Source of the DNA: Polyangia bacterium
GTDB taxonomy: Bacteria; Myxococcota_A; Polyangia; Fen-1088
DNA length: 64,000 nucleotides
Assembly: GCA_035607055.1 (NCBI GenBank)
Contig: DATNDC010000214.1
Location: 3,911-67,910 of the forward strand
Reading direction: 5' to 3'
Part shown: piece after piece, positions 39,408 through 49,907 of the stretch
How the letters are laid out: every line of letters begins with the position of its first letter
How positions within the stretch are numbered: the first letter of the stretch is position 1
Position numbers and translations under genes: made by a program
The notes under the pieces: generated by a model
The model's database searches: none
Seen by the model: only the letters and a program-made list of their open reading frames with translations
What the model was told of the DNA's origin: nothing

Positions 39408-40391
39408 TTGAGTACCTTTAGGCCGCGCGACTTCACCGACGGGAACGAAGAGGGGCGAGGCGAGACGCCGCTCTGGGCGCTGCGCTTCATCTCGGGCAAA
39501 TATCAGGGCGGCGAGTTCCCGCTGCGCCCGCACCGCGAGATCATCATCGGCCGATCATCTGACCTGGATATGGTGCTGGTCGAGGACATGGTCTCGCGCA
39601 AGCACGCCAAGATCACCACCGACGACTCCGTCGTCACCATCCAGGATTTGGGCTCGACGAACGGGACCTTCGTGAACGGGGAGAAAGTCCGCAAAGCGGA
39701 GCTCAAGGACGGTGACCGGATTCTCATCGGCACGTCCATCATCAAGATGGTCTACGTGGAAGGCGACGCCACCAACAACGCCCTCAACGTGAGCGAGACC
39801 GAGGCGCGCTCGAAGATGGCCGTGGCCGCCAACAAGCGCACGGCCCCCAAGTCGATGTCGGGGAGCATCGAGGAGATCCCGCTCCCCGACCTCATCCAGC
39901 TGCTCTCGACCAGCCGCAAATCGGGCGTGCTGGTGGTGCACACCGATCACTCGGCCGGGCGGCTGTTCCTGCGCAAGGGGCAGATTTACTTCGCCAGCCT
40001 GGAGGGGAACGCCGCCGCTCCCTCGCGCAAGGCGATCGTGCGCATGCTCTCCTGGACGCAGGGTTCGTTCGAGCTCGAGCCCCCCGACGAGTCGCCGGTC
40101 GCCGAGGAGCTCGAGGAATCGACCGAGGCGCTCCTCATGGAGGGGATGCGCCAGCTCGACGAGTACCGCATGCAGCTCGAGAAGCTGCCGCCCCTGACCG
40201 CGACGCTGGCCGTTCCGCGCCCGCTCGAGCCCAAGCTGCGCGATCTCCCGCCGGAGGAGCTGGACGTCTTCCAGGCCGTGCTCGAGGCGGGGACGATCGG
40301 CACGCTGTTCGACAAGTCGCCGCTCACCGATCTGGTCCTCGCCGAAAAGCTGCGCACGTTGCTCGACAAGGGCTACGTCAGCGCGGCGTAG
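39408..40391 (+). CDS. FHA domain plus DUF4388 (PATAN-like) protein
   Basis: TTG start (first in-frame start after the upstream stop). FHA core: ...IIIGRSSDLDMVLVEDMVSRKHAKIT...GSTNGTFVNG. C-terminal IEEIPLPDLIQLLSTSRKSGVLVV...GQIYFA is typical of DUF4388. Confidence 0.65.
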   Translation: MSTFRPRDFTDGNEEGRGETPLWALRFISGKYQGGEFPLRPHREIIIGRSSDLDMVLVEDMVSRKHAKITTDDSVVTIQDLGSTNGTFVNGEKVRKAELKDGDRILIGTSIIKMVYVEGDATNNALNVSETEARSKMAVAANKRTAPKSMSGSIEEIPLPDLIQLLSTSRKSGVLVVHTDHSAGRLFLRKGQIYFASLEGNAAAPSRKAIVRMLSWTQGSFELEPPDESPVAEELEESTEALLMEGMRQLDEYRMQLEKLPPLTATLAVPRPLEPKLRDLPPEELDVFQAVLEAGTIGTLFDKSPLTDLVLAEKLRTLLDKGYVSAA

Positions 40392-40419
40392 GTCCCGGGC
40401 ATTTCGGTCGGACGCCCGG

Positions 40420-41270
40420 TCAGATCTTCAAGGTGGCGCCTTCGATCGCGCCCGAAAGCTCGATGCCGCGGCCGCCGCGCTCGTCGAGCAGGCGCCGCGC
40501 GCGCGTGCAGAGCGCGTCGACCTCGGCGTCGCTGTAGTCCTGGTCGTAGTGGAAGAGGACCAGCCGCTTGACGCCGCCAGCGATCGCCGCGGCCACCGCG
40601 TCCTCGACGGACGAGTAGCCCCGGTTCGCGTACCGCTGTCCGTCCTCGGGGGTGTACGTGCTGTCGTGGATGAGGAGGTCCGCGCCGCGGTAGAGCTCGA
40701 TCGACGCGGCCGGCGGGCCGCCCGCGCCGTAGCCGGCGTCGCTCGCGTAGACGACCGAGCGCCCGCCCTCTTCGATCCGGAACGCCAGCGCGCCAGCGCG
40801 CCCGTGCGGGTTGGTACGGGCCCGCACCGTGCAACCGGCGACCGCGATCGGTTTTCCCTCGTCGATGGCGGCGATGTCGATCCCGGCGCCCATGTTCTTC
40901 AGCGTCTGGACGGGGAAGTACTGGGGCGCCATCTGCCCCTCGAGGATCCCCTCCAGCATCGCCGAGCTCTGGGCGCCGCCGTAGATGTGGAACTTGTTCC
41001 CCGGGTAGTAGAGCGGGACGAAGAAGGGGAACCCCTGGATGTGGTCCCAGTGCGCGTGCGACAGGAGGATGCTCGCCTCGCCGCGCCCCTGACCGAACGC
41101 GCCCTCCATCAGCGACATGCCGAGGTTGCGCGCGCCGGTGCCGCAGTCGAGCACGATGAGCCCGCCGCCCGCCGGCCGCAGCGAGACGCACGAGGTGTTG
41201 CCGCCGTAACGGACCGTCGCCGGCCCCGGCGCCGGAATCGACCCACGCACCCCCCAGAAGGCGATCTCCA

Positions 41271-41271
<1 letters not shown>
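40420..41271 (-). CDS. MBL-fold metallo-hydrolase (paralog 1)
   Basis: Start at MEIAFWGVRGSIPAPGPATVRYGGNTSCV. HxHxDH motif: LSHAHWDHIQG. 283 aa. Its ATG overlaps the stop of the upstream paralog (TGATG). Confidence 0.75.
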
Positions 41272-42197
<926 letters not shown>

Positions 42198-42416
42198 GAC
42201 CGGCCGAGGCGGAAATCGGACTGCAAATCACTCCCGGCTCGGCAAGGCCGAGCTCCCTCCACGCAACGGGACGGGCTCAGGCTCGCGATCAGCCGCGGGA
42301 CCATGGGCGGAGAATAACACGATGCCCCGCCGGGCCGCGATTTCGGCTCATCAGGAAAGTGCCGGGCCAGCCCGCCGCGACCTAGGGGGAGGGGCGCGGA
42401 CTGGCCCGGCTGAGAT

Positions 42417-43082
42417 CTACGTGAAGCGCACCAAGTACCCGGCCACGTCCGGCAGGGTGGTAATGGTCGCTCCGATGCGTGCGCCGAGGTCGGCCGCCAG
42501 CGCGAATCGCCAGGACTCGACGGCCGGCCGCCGCCCGTTGCTCTCGATCGAGAGATAGAGGGCGTTGCGGGTCGCCTCGACGTGGATGTCAATCCGCGGC
42601 CGCCGCGCCCCGTCCGGGCCAGGACCTTTGCCCTCGGCCTGGGCCAGCTCGACCAAGAGCGCGGCCAGCAAGGACTCCAGCGCGCTCCCTCGATTCGTGA
42701 CCCCGGTCCGGCGTTCTTTGTGCAGCGTAACCGACGTCGCGCCCAGCGCCGGCGCCGCCAGGCGGAGGGCCCGCTCGACCACGTCGTCGAGATCTGCGAC
42801 CACCGACGAGCCGTCCCGAATGGCGGCGTCCACGAACCCGACCAGCGCATTCAATCGCTCGACGCTCCACTCGGTCTCGGCCAGCGCGGCCGAAATCTGC
42901 CGCGGCCCAGCGGCTGGGGCAGCGGCCCGGATCTCACCTGCTGCCGCGAGCAGCACGGTGAGATGGTTTCGAAACTCGTGAAGGATTCCGTTCCAGACCG
43001 GAACCATGTGGAACCGATCCGGATCGATCTCAACTCCGGAATCCTCACGGGCAACCGCAAGTTGCGTCTCTCTGGTCATCAT
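42417..43082 (-). CDS. Histidine-kinase-like core (DHp H-box plus degenerate HATPase), no sensor or TM domain
   Basis: Start at MM (ATGATG 43077-43082). H-box: ILHEFRNHLTVLL. C-terminal ...YLSIESNGRRP... is G1-box-like. 221 aa. The ORF track's longer 590-aa ORF has a featureless GC-rich leader. Confidence 0.5.
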   Translation of the reverse strand: MMTRETQLAVAREDSGVEIDPDRFHMVPVWNGILHEFRNHLTVLLAAAGEIRAAAPAAGPRQISAALAETEWSVERLNALVGFVDAAIRDGSSVVADLDDVVERALRLAAPALGATSVTLHKERRTGVTNRGSALESLLAALLVELAQAEGKGPGPDGARRPRIDIHVEATRNALYLSIESNGRRPAVESWRFALAADLGARIGATITTLPDVAGYLVRFT

Positions 43083-43262
43083 AGGTTGGGGCACCTTCCA
43101 CCACCGACGGCGGCTCCAACTACAAGAACTATGCCGAGCATCGTCTCCTTCCTCGACTCCCTCCTCGACCACACCTCCGACGTCGATTTCCGCGACCCGG
43201 GCGACGGGCGTGGGCGACCGCCCTGGCACCACCCGGGCGTTCACGGTAAAAGGCGGGCCGCG

Positions 43263-43898
43263 ATGTCGAACCGGGCCGTGACGACGATGGTTTTGGCGCT
43301 GACGGCGGCCATCAGCGCCGCGTCGTGCGGCAAGAAGATCGGCGACGACTGCATGACGGCGGCGGATTGCGACCCGAACGGGGGGCGCATCTGCGACATC
43401 TCGCAGCCGGGCGGTTACTGCACGGTTCTCGGATGTGATGAAACCACCTGCCCGAGCGAGGCGGCCTGCATCCGCTACTTCCCGGTCCAGTACCTCACCA
43501 AGCCGTGCAACCCGTACTGCGAGGATCGCGTTGGGCTGCCCGTGCCCGACGCCGCCCAGGGCGCCGACGCGGGGATGAGCCTCGACGCCGGGATCAGCCT
43601 CGACGCCGGCCAGTTTCCGGTCTGTCCCGACGTTTTTCCGCAGGACGCGGCGGGAGGGCCGGACCCGCTCGCGATCTGTCCTCACGGCCCGACGAACGAC
43701 TGCACGGCCGACGAGATCTGCCTCGACTCCGGGCTCTGCGCGCCACGCTCGACCGAGGTGCGGTACTGCACGCTGACCTGCTCCAGCAACAATGATTGCC
43801 GGAGCGGATACGATTGTCGGCCGACGGGAGTCGAAGGCGCGTTCTTGCTGTCCTCGACGCCCTGCGCACAGACTGCCGTCTGCGTCCCTGCCAGCTGA
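43263..43898 (+). CDS. Cys-rich lipoprotein
   Basis: MSNRAVTTMVLALTAAISAASCG (lipobox). 22 Cys in 190 mature residues (CDPNGGRICD..., YCTVLGCDETTCPSEAAC..., CTLTCSSNNDCRSGYDC...). Confidence 0.6.
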   Translation: MSNRAVTTMVLALTAAISAASCGKKIGDDCMTAADCDPNGGRICDISQPGGYCTVLGCDETTCPSEAACIRYFPVQYLTKPCNPYCEDRVGLPVPDAAQGADAGMSLDAGISLDAGQFPVCPDVFPQDAAGGPDPLAICPHGPTNDCTADEICLDSGLCAPRSTEVRYCTLTCSSNNDCRSGYDCRPTGVEGAFLLSSTPCAQTAVCVPAS

Positions 43899-43931
43899 CA
43901 ACTGTCGGCCGCCCGCGGCCGACAATCCGGC

Positions 43932-44402
43932 GTGGGTCGCCGGACGATCGTGCTCGTTGTGTTGCTCGGGAGCTTCGTCGCCGGACGCGCCGAGGCGTCC
44001 AAGGGGGTGGACGGCGTCGTGAACCTCAACACCGCGCCGGCCGCGGTCCTGGCGCTCCTCCCCGGCGTCGGGCCGTCGAAAGCGGCCGCCATCCTCGCCT
44101 ACCGGGGACGACGCCCATTCCGCACCGTCGACGAGCTGGTCCGGATCAAGGGGATTGGTCGCAAGATGGTCCGCCGGCTGCGACCGCACCTGGCCGTCGC
44201 CGGACCGACCACCGCGACGGTGGCCGCCCTCGGGCCGTCGACGGCGCCGCCATCGCCTCCCAAGCCGGCGCCGCCGCCCCTTCGCGCGACGGGCGCACCC
44301 CGCTGTCCGCCCGTGCGCCCGCTCGGCCGCCCGACCCGCACGCCGGCGCGAGACCGCGAACCGCGGCGTCCGTTCGCCTCCCCGTGCCTCGCCCCACGCT
44401 GA
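43932..44402 (+). CDS. comEA: ComEA-family helix-hairpin-helix DNA-binding protein with Pro-rich C-terminal tail
   Basis: GTG start. Signal/TM: IVLVVLLGSFVAG. VNLNTAPAAVLALLPGVGPSKAAAILAYR...FRTVDELVRIKGIG (tandem HhH). Confidence 0.7.
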   Translation: MGRRTIVLVVLLGSFVAGRAEASKGVDGVVNLNTAPAAVLALLPGVGPSKAAAILAYRGRRPFRTVDELVRIKGIGRKMVRRLRPHLAVAGPTTATVAALGPSTAPPSPPKPAPPPLRATGAPRCPPVRPLGRPTRTPARDREPRRPFASPCLAPR

Positions 44403-44403
44403 G

Positions 44404-46323
44404 CTATCGCGCCGGGCGAGCCTGAATCGAGCCGCCCGCCGCCGGACTCGGCGTGGGGGGCGGCGGAATCGGAGCGGGCACCGGCTCCAGGGGCATCAGG
44501 AACGACAGGGCCACGGTCTTGTCGTACCGGACGGTCGCGCGCGCCGGACGGTATCCTGTCAGCGTCGCTTCGATCACGTGCTCGACGAGATCCCGCCGCA
44601 CGGAGACGGTGGTGGGCGAGGTGGCGGGCAGGGTGACGCCGTCGAGGCGCAGCGTGGCCCCGCTGGGATCGGTGGCGATCGACAACCCCGCCGGATCACG
44701 CCAGACCAGCAACACGTCGAGCGGGACCAACCAGTGGTGGACGGCGGCCCCGCCGCCCGCGAGAACGACCACCAGGAAGGCGAGCACGCGTCGCCAACGG
44801 CCCTGCGGGCGCAGCTGCTGGATGCGCGCGGTCTCGTGCTGCGGCCGCCCGGGGACGAAGGCCGGGATCCCGCCCGCAGGCATTCCGAACGGCGCCGAGG
44901 TCGTCCGGCGCGGTTGTGCTGCCGCCGGCGGGCGCGTGACGCCGTGCGCGGGTGATCCCCCCGGCGGACGCCCGCGTCCCTGCGCTCCCGATCCAGGAGC
45001 CTCCCGCGCCGCCACCGGTCCAGGCGGGTTGGACGGCCGGCGCATCCGACCGTCGCCGGGGGGGCGGGGCGTCTGCGCGCGCGGTCGGAGCGGCGGCAAC
45101 GGCGTCACCGGCGGGGGCGTGGCGTTCGGATCGACCGCCGGGGCCGCGGGGCGCGCGGCCGGCGCCGCTCCCACGGCCCGCGCGGCCTTGGAGATGGCGG
45201 CCACCGCCGTCGGCGGCGTAGGCCATCTCGGCCCAGCGGGCGCCGGGGTCATCCGTCGGGGCGCGGCGGCCTCGGGGGTCTGTCGCTGCTCGACACGAGG
45301 CGTGACCGGCAGCGGCGCGGGCGTCGCCGGCGCCGCGATGATCTCGCGCAGCGCGCGCGCCTGGGGCCCGAGCCGGATCACCTTGGACCGCTCGGTCATG
45401 AGGTTGCGCGGCTTTCGCGGTGGGTTCACCACCCCGAGCAGCGCGGCCAGATCGCTGGCGCCGACGGGGACGTTCATCTCGCCGAGCGCCTGGCGAATGG
45501 CGACGCCGAACGCCGCCGCGTCGGGAAACCGCTGGTTGGGATCGGCGGCCAGCGCCCGATCGAGCAGGCGCTCGATCGGCACCGGCAGGTCGGGGCGCAG
45601 CGCGCGCGCCGAAGGGACGGCGCCCGACGCCACGTGGCTCCAACCGGCGACCTCGTCGGTGATCTCGCGCAGGCGGCGGCCGGTCAGAAGCTCGAACAAC
45701 ACGGCGCCCAGCGAGAAGACGTCGGTGCGGCGGTCGAGCGGCATCTGCATCGCCTGCTCGGGCGACATGTACCCGAGGTTCCCCTTGATGCTCCCGACCA
45801 CCGAGCGGTCGTGCCGCCGCTTGGCCAGGCCGAAGTCCGACAGCTTCACCTCGCCGGCCAGCGAGATGAGCACGTTCGACGGCGTGACGTCGCGGTGAAT
45901 GAGGCCGAGCGGCTGCCCGTCCTCCCCCTTGAGCTCGTGCGCGAAGTGCAGGCCCTGCGCCAGCTCGGAGGCGATGTGCAGCGACAGCACCTCGGGGATG
46001 ATCTCCCCCATGGCCGCGAGCTGCTCGGCGATCATGCGCAGGTCGTAGCCGTCGACGAACTCCAGCACGATGAAGTACTGCCCGTCCTCGGAGATCCCCA
46101 GGTCGTGGATCTGCACGATGTTGCGGTGCGAGAGCGCCGAGTGGATGCGCGCCTCGGTGAGCAGCATCTTGACGAACCGCTCGTCCTCCGCGAGGTCGGG
46201 GAGAATGCGCTTGATCGCGACGAACTTCTCGAACCCCTCCGCCGCGACGACGCGACCTTTGAATACCTCGGCCATGCCGCCCACGGCGATCAGCTCGAGG
46301 AGCTCGTATTGGCCGAACTTCAC
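44404..46323 (-). CDS. Hanks-type Ser/Thr protein kinase with Pro-rich linker, TM helix and C-terminal extracytoplasmic domain
   Basis: GGMAEVFKGR, AIKRI, HRDVTPSNVLI, DFGLAKR, SPEQ. Pro-rich linker. TM: VLAFLVVVLAGGGAAV. A C-terminal domain of about 120 aa (PEGA-like composition). Confidence 0.85.
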   Translation of the reverse strand: MKFGQYELLELIAVGGMAEVFKGRVVAAEGFEKFVAIKRILPDLAEDERFVKMLLTEARIHSALSHRNIVQIHDLGISEDGQYFIVLEFVDGYDLRMIAEQLAAMGEIIPEVLSLHIASELAQGLHFAHELKGEDGQPLGLIHRDVTPSNVLISLAGEVKLSDFGLAKRRHDRSVVGSIKGNLGYMSPEQAMQMPLDRRTDVFSLGAVLFELLTGRRLREITDEVAGWSHVASGAVPSARALRPDLPVPIERLLDRALAADPNQRFPDAAAFGVAIRQALGEMNVPVGASDLAALLGVVNPPRKPRNLMTERSKVIRLGPQARALREIIAAPATPAPLPVTPRVEQRQTPEAAAPRRMTPAPAGPRWPTPPTAVAAISKAARAVGAAPAARPAAPAVDPNATPPPVTPLPPLRPRAQTPRPPGDGRMRRPSNPPGPVAAREAPGSGAQGRGRPPGGSPAHGVTRPPAAAQPRRTTSAPFGMPAGGIPAFVPGRPQHETARIQQLRPQGRWRRVLAFLVVVLAGGGAAVHHWLVPLDVLLVWRDPAGLSIATDPSGATLRLDGVTLPATSPTTVSVRRDLVEHVIEATLTGYRPARATVRYDKTVALSFLMPLEPVPAPIPPPPTPSPAAGGSIQARPAR

Positions 46324-46404
46324 GGAGTTCGCCAGGCTAAACCGAAACTCGCTCGCGGGTCTAGCGTCCCGGCCGGGGGGGGTGGCCCCCGGGTGGGGCC
46401 CCGG

Positions 46405-46773
46405 CTATTCCTCTTCCGGCGGTTGTACAAGACCCGCGCCCGGCCGGGGCAGGGGCTCCCGCTCCGCGTCGGGGGGGTTCGCGGCGTCGATGTCGTGGGC
46501 GAACTCGTCCGCGGCGCTCGTAAAGACGAACGGACCGCCGATCTCCTCGCTGACCACCCCGTCGATCGCCGCGTCATCGGCGCCGTCGCCCCGGGTCACC
46601 GTGTCGACGAACTCCTCGGCCAGGTTCTCGGCCAAATCGTCCTCGATGTGCGCCGGCCCGCCGTTCGGGTCGGGCATGAACGCGTTCGCGTCGTCGGACC
46701 GGGGCCGAGCAAAGGCCCGTTGCCGTTTTCGCGGCGCCGCAGCTCGCCCACGCGTCGTGCTCGCCTTCTCCAT
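46405..46773 (-). CDS. Small acidic protein, unknown function (immediately upstream of the Ser/Thr kinase gene on the same strand)
   Basis: ORF of 122 aa. Basic N-terminus, then a strongly acidic body (DDLAENLAEEFVDTVTRGDGADDAAIDGVVSEEIGG...). Could be spurious in GC-rich DNA. Confidence 0.35.
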   Translation of the reverse strand: MEKASTTRGRAAAPRKRQRAFARPRSDDANAFMPDPNGGPAHIEDDLAENLAEEFVDTVTRGDGADDAAIDGVVSEEIGGPFVFTSAADEFAHDIDAANPPDAEREPLPRPGAGLVQPPEEE

Positions 46774-46843
46774 CCTTGCCCCAAAGTAATCATGATCGGC
46801 AGGTTCAAACGCGGCAACCTCCGAAGCGCTCCCGACCGCGCCG

Positions 46844-48025
46844 GTGACCGAGGCGCGCTGGATAAAAACCCAAGCGCCGTCCGCACGTTATACTCGCCCG
46901 AGCTTGCAGCTCAGGTTCGAGCCGGTGTCGCGGATGTGCTTGGCGGCCGTCGACGACGGCGTCCTGCCCGGGCTCGTCCTGTTGGTCTCCGTCCAGGGAC
47001 AGACCGTTTTTCACCAGGCGTTCGGGTCGCGGCAGCTCGTGCCCCGCCGCCTCCCGGCGCTGCCGGACACGGTGTACGACGTCGCGTCGCTGACGAAGGC
47101 CGTGGCGACCAGCGTGCTCGCCATGCAAGAGGTCGGCGCCGGCCGGCTCGCTCTCGACGCCAAGGCGGCCACCCTGCTCCCCGAGCTCGCGGCGGGCGAA
47201 GACGAGCGGCGGGGCCAGATCACCGTGCGCCAGCTCCTCGCCCACGCCTCCGGGCTGCCGGCGCACCGCCCGTTCTGGCGGCAGGCCGCGCACTCGCCCG
47301 CCGAGCGGCTGGCCATCGCCCGCTTGGCCGCGCGCGAGCCGCTGGAGCATCCGCCGGGGACGCGCGCCGTCTATTCCGACCTGGGTTTCATTCTGCTCGG
47401 CTGGATGCTGGAGCGACTGACCGGCGCGCGGCTCGACGTGCTGTTCGCCGAGCGAATCGCCCGGCCGCTCGGCCTGCCGGCGACGGCGTTCGTCAACCTG
47501 GCCGACGCCGAGGCGCGCGCCCGCTTGCTGGGCGACTGCACGGTCGCCGCCACACAGCTCTCCGCCGAGCGCCACGGGCTGGTGCTGGGCGAGGTCGACG
47601 ACCTGAACGCGTTCGCCATGGGCGGCATCGCCGGCCACGCGGGCCTCTTCGGCAGCGCCGGCGACCTGGCCGCGATCGGCGCCGCGCTGGTCCGGGCCTG
47701 GCGTGGCGAGCAGGGCGGGCTCGTCGCGCCCGAGGTCGTCCGCCAGTTCTGGTCGCCCTCGGGCGTCCCCGGGTCGACCTGGCGGCTCGGCTGGGACGGC
47801 CCGGCCGAATCGGGGTCGCAGGCGGGGGCGCGCCTGGCGCGCGCGGCGGTCGGCCATCTGGCCTTCACCGGCTGCTCGCTCTGGATCGACCCCGCCCGCG
47901 AGGTGATCCTGATTCTGCTCTCGAACCGGGTCCACCCGGCCGTGCCGAGCGACGACCGCTTCCGCCGCTTCCGGCCGGCGCTGCACGACGCCGCGCTCGG
48001 CGCCGTCGGTTATGATGGACGCTGA
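46844..48025 (+). CDS. Beta-lactamase-family serine hydrolase
   Basis: SxxK motif: [19 protein letters not shown]... (YxN/HxG region). A start is possible at 46844 or at the internal MCLAAVDD. Confidence 0.75.
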   Translation: MTEARWIKTQAPSARYTRPSLQLRFEPVSRMCLAAVDDGVLPGLVLLVSVQGQTVFHQAFGSRQLVPRRLPALPDTVYDVASLTKAVATSVLAMQEVGAGRLALDAKAATLLPELAAGEDERRGQITVRQLLAHASGLPAHRPFWRQAAHSPAERLAIARLAAREPLEHPPGTRAVYSDLGFILLGWMLERLTGARLDVLFAERIARPLGLPATAFVNLADAEARARLLGDCTVAATQLSAERHGLVLGEVDDLNAFAMGGIAGHAGLFGSAGDLAAIGAALVRAWRGEQGGLVAPEVVRQFWSPSGVPGSTWRLGWDGPAESGSQAGARLARAAVGHLAFTGCSLWIDPAREVILILLSNRVHPAVPSDDRFRRFRPALHDAALGAVGYDGR

Positions 48026-48343
48026 GTGAGCTTGCGCGCCCCCATCGCCGTTCCGGTCGAGCTTCGCGCCGACGCGCGCCGCGCCTTCCGGCTCGCCGCC
48101 AACGTGGGCGAGGACGGCCTGCGGCTGGCCGGCGGCGTCCCCTTCGAATCGGGCCGCCGGGTGGAGGCGCGCTTCGCGCTGCCGGGCGGCGAAGCGCTGG
48201 TCCTGACAGCGCGGATCGTCGCCGGCGGCCCCGACCGCGAGGACGCCGACGAGCGCGGCGAGCTGGCGTTCCTCGAGCCCACGGGCGACGCCCGCCGGGC
48301 CCTGCACCAGTACGTGGTGGAGCGACTGGAGCTCCCGGCGTGA
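48026..48343 (+). CDS. PilZ-like small protein, translationally coupled to pccB
   Basis: ORF of 105 aa. RADARRAFR (RxxxR) and NVGEDGLRL (degenerate D/NxSxGG). Its stop overlaps the pccB start by 4 nt. Confidence 0.4.
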   Translation: MSLRAPIAVPVELRADARRAFRLAANVGEDGLRLAGGVPFESGRRVEARFALPGGEALVLTARIVAGGPDREDADERGELAFLEPTGDARRALHQYVVERLELPA

Positions 48344-49905
48344 GCGACGTCCGCGACAAGGGCGTCCCCGAGCGCTTCGCGTACCTCGACGCGCTCGAGA
48401 AACAGGCCGCCGAGGCGGGCGGCGCGGCGCGCGTCGAGCGCCAGCACAAGGCGGGCAAGCTGACGGCGCGCGAGCGGGTCGAGCTGTTCTGCGATCCGGG
48501 GAGCTTCGTCGAGCTCGACAAGCTGGTCACCCACCGCGCCACCGACTTCGGCCTCGCCGACAACAAGGTGCTGGGCGACGGCGTCATCACCGGCTACGGC
48601 AGCGTGCACGGCCGGACGGTGTTCCTGTTCGCGCAGGACTTCACCGTGTTCGGCGGGTCGCTGGCCGAGGCGCACGCCCGCAAGATCTGCAAGGTGATGG
48701 ACCTGGCGATGAAGGCCGGCGCGCCGATCGTCGGCCTCAACGACTCGGGCGGGGCGCGCATCCAGGAGGGGGTCGTCTCGCTGGCCGGCTACGCCGACAT
48801 CTTCCTGCGCAACACGCTCGCCTCGGGGGTGGTGCCGCAGCTGTCGGGCGTGCTCGGCCCCTGCGCGGGCGGTGCCGTCTACTCGCCGGCCATCACCGAC
48901 TTCGTCTTCATGGTCGAGGCGTCGAGCCACATGTTCATCACCGGCCCCGACGTCATCCGCGCCGTCACGCACGAGACGGTGACGAAGGAGGAGCTGGGGG
49001 GCGCCGGCGCGCACGTCCGCTCGGGCGTCGCCCACCGCGCCTTCCCCGACGAGCCGTCGCTGCTCGAAGGGCTGCGCACGCTGCTCGCCTTCCTGCCTCA
49101 GAACAACCGCGAGGATCCGCCCCGGCTGCCGACGCGCGACCGGCCCGATCGCGCCGACGCCGCGCTCGACGAGCTGGTCCCGGTCGATCCGGCCAAGCCC
49201 TACGACATGCACGCGCTGCTGGCGCGCGTCGTCGACGACGGCGTGCTGTTCGAGATCCAGCCGGAGCACGCGCGCAACATCGTGGTCGCCTTCGCGCGCC
49301 TGGATGGGCGCCCGGTCGGCCTGGTGGCCAACCAGCCGGCGCACCTGGCCGGCTGCCTGGACATCGACGCCTCGGTCAAGGCGGCGCGCTTCGTCCGCTT
49401 CTGCGATTGCTTCAACCTGCCGCTGGTCACGTTCGTCGACGTCCCGGGGTTTCTCCCCGGCACCGCGCAGGAGTGGGGCGGCATCATCCGGCACGGCGCC
49501 AAGCTGCTGTACGCCTTCGCCGAGGCGACCGTCCCCAAGCTGACGGTCATCACCCGCAAGGCCTACGGCGGCGCCTACGACGTCATGTCCTCCAAGCACA
49601 TCCGCGGCGATCTGTCGTTCGCCTATCCGTCGGCGGAGATCGCGGTCATGGGACCGGAAGCGGCGGTCAACATCGTGTTCCGCGAGGAGCTCGGCAAGGC
49701 CGCCGATCCGGACGCCGCCCGCGCCCGTTACCTCGCCGAGTATCGCGAGAAGCTGGCCAACCCCTACCCCGCGGCCTCGCTGGGGTACGTCGACGAGGTG
49801 ATCCGACCCCGCGAGACCCGCGGTCGGCTCTGCCGGGCCCTGGGCGTGCTGGGCAACAAGCGCGACACCAACCCGCCCAAGAAACACGGAAACATTCCGC
49901 TGTGA
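48340..49905 (+). CDS. pccB: Acyl-CoA carboxylase carboxyltransferase subunit (propionyl-CoA carboxylase beta chain / methylmalonyl-CoA carboxyltransferase family)
   Basis: ORF of 521 aa. Two crotonase-fold CT halves: ...[32 protein letters not shown]... and ...[52 protein letters not shown].... Confidence 0.88.
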   Translation: MSDVRDKGVPERFAYLDALEKQAAEAGGAARVERQHKAGKLTARERVELFCDPGSFVELDKLVTHRATDFGLADNKVLGDGVITGYGSVHGRTVFLFAQDFTVFGGSLAEAHARKICKVMDLAMKAGAPIVGLNDSGGARIQEGVVSLAGYADIFLRNTLASGVVPQLSGVLGPCAGGAVYSPAITDFVFMVEASSHMFITGPDVIRAVTHETVTKEELGGAGAHVRSGVAHRAFPDEPSLLEGLRTLLAFLPQNNREDPPRLPTRDRPDRADAALDELVPVDPAKPYDMHALLARVVDDGVLFEIQPEHARNIVVAFARLDGRPVGLVANQPAHLAGCLDIDASVKAARFVRFCDCFNLPLVTFVDVPGFLPGTAQEWGGIIRHGAKLLYAFAEATVPKLTVITRKAYGGAYDVMSSKHIRGDLSFAYPSAEIAVMGPEAAVNIVFREELGKAADPDAARARYLAEYREKLANPYPAASLGYVDEVIRPRETRGRLCRALGVLGNKRDTNPPKKHGNIPL

Positions 49906-49907
49906 AG

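Noticed and set aside
40373-41191. 272-aa ORF overlapping MBL paralog 1 in another frame
   Set aside because: It is out of frame with the motif-bearing MBL reading frame, and its product is featureless and Arg/Gly-rich.
42417-44189. 590-aa version of the histidine-kinase-like ORF
   Set aside because: Everything upstream of the MM start at 43082 is featureless GC-rich translation. The ORF also runs antisense to the Cys-rich lipoprotein gene (43263..43898), which has a bona fide lipobox.
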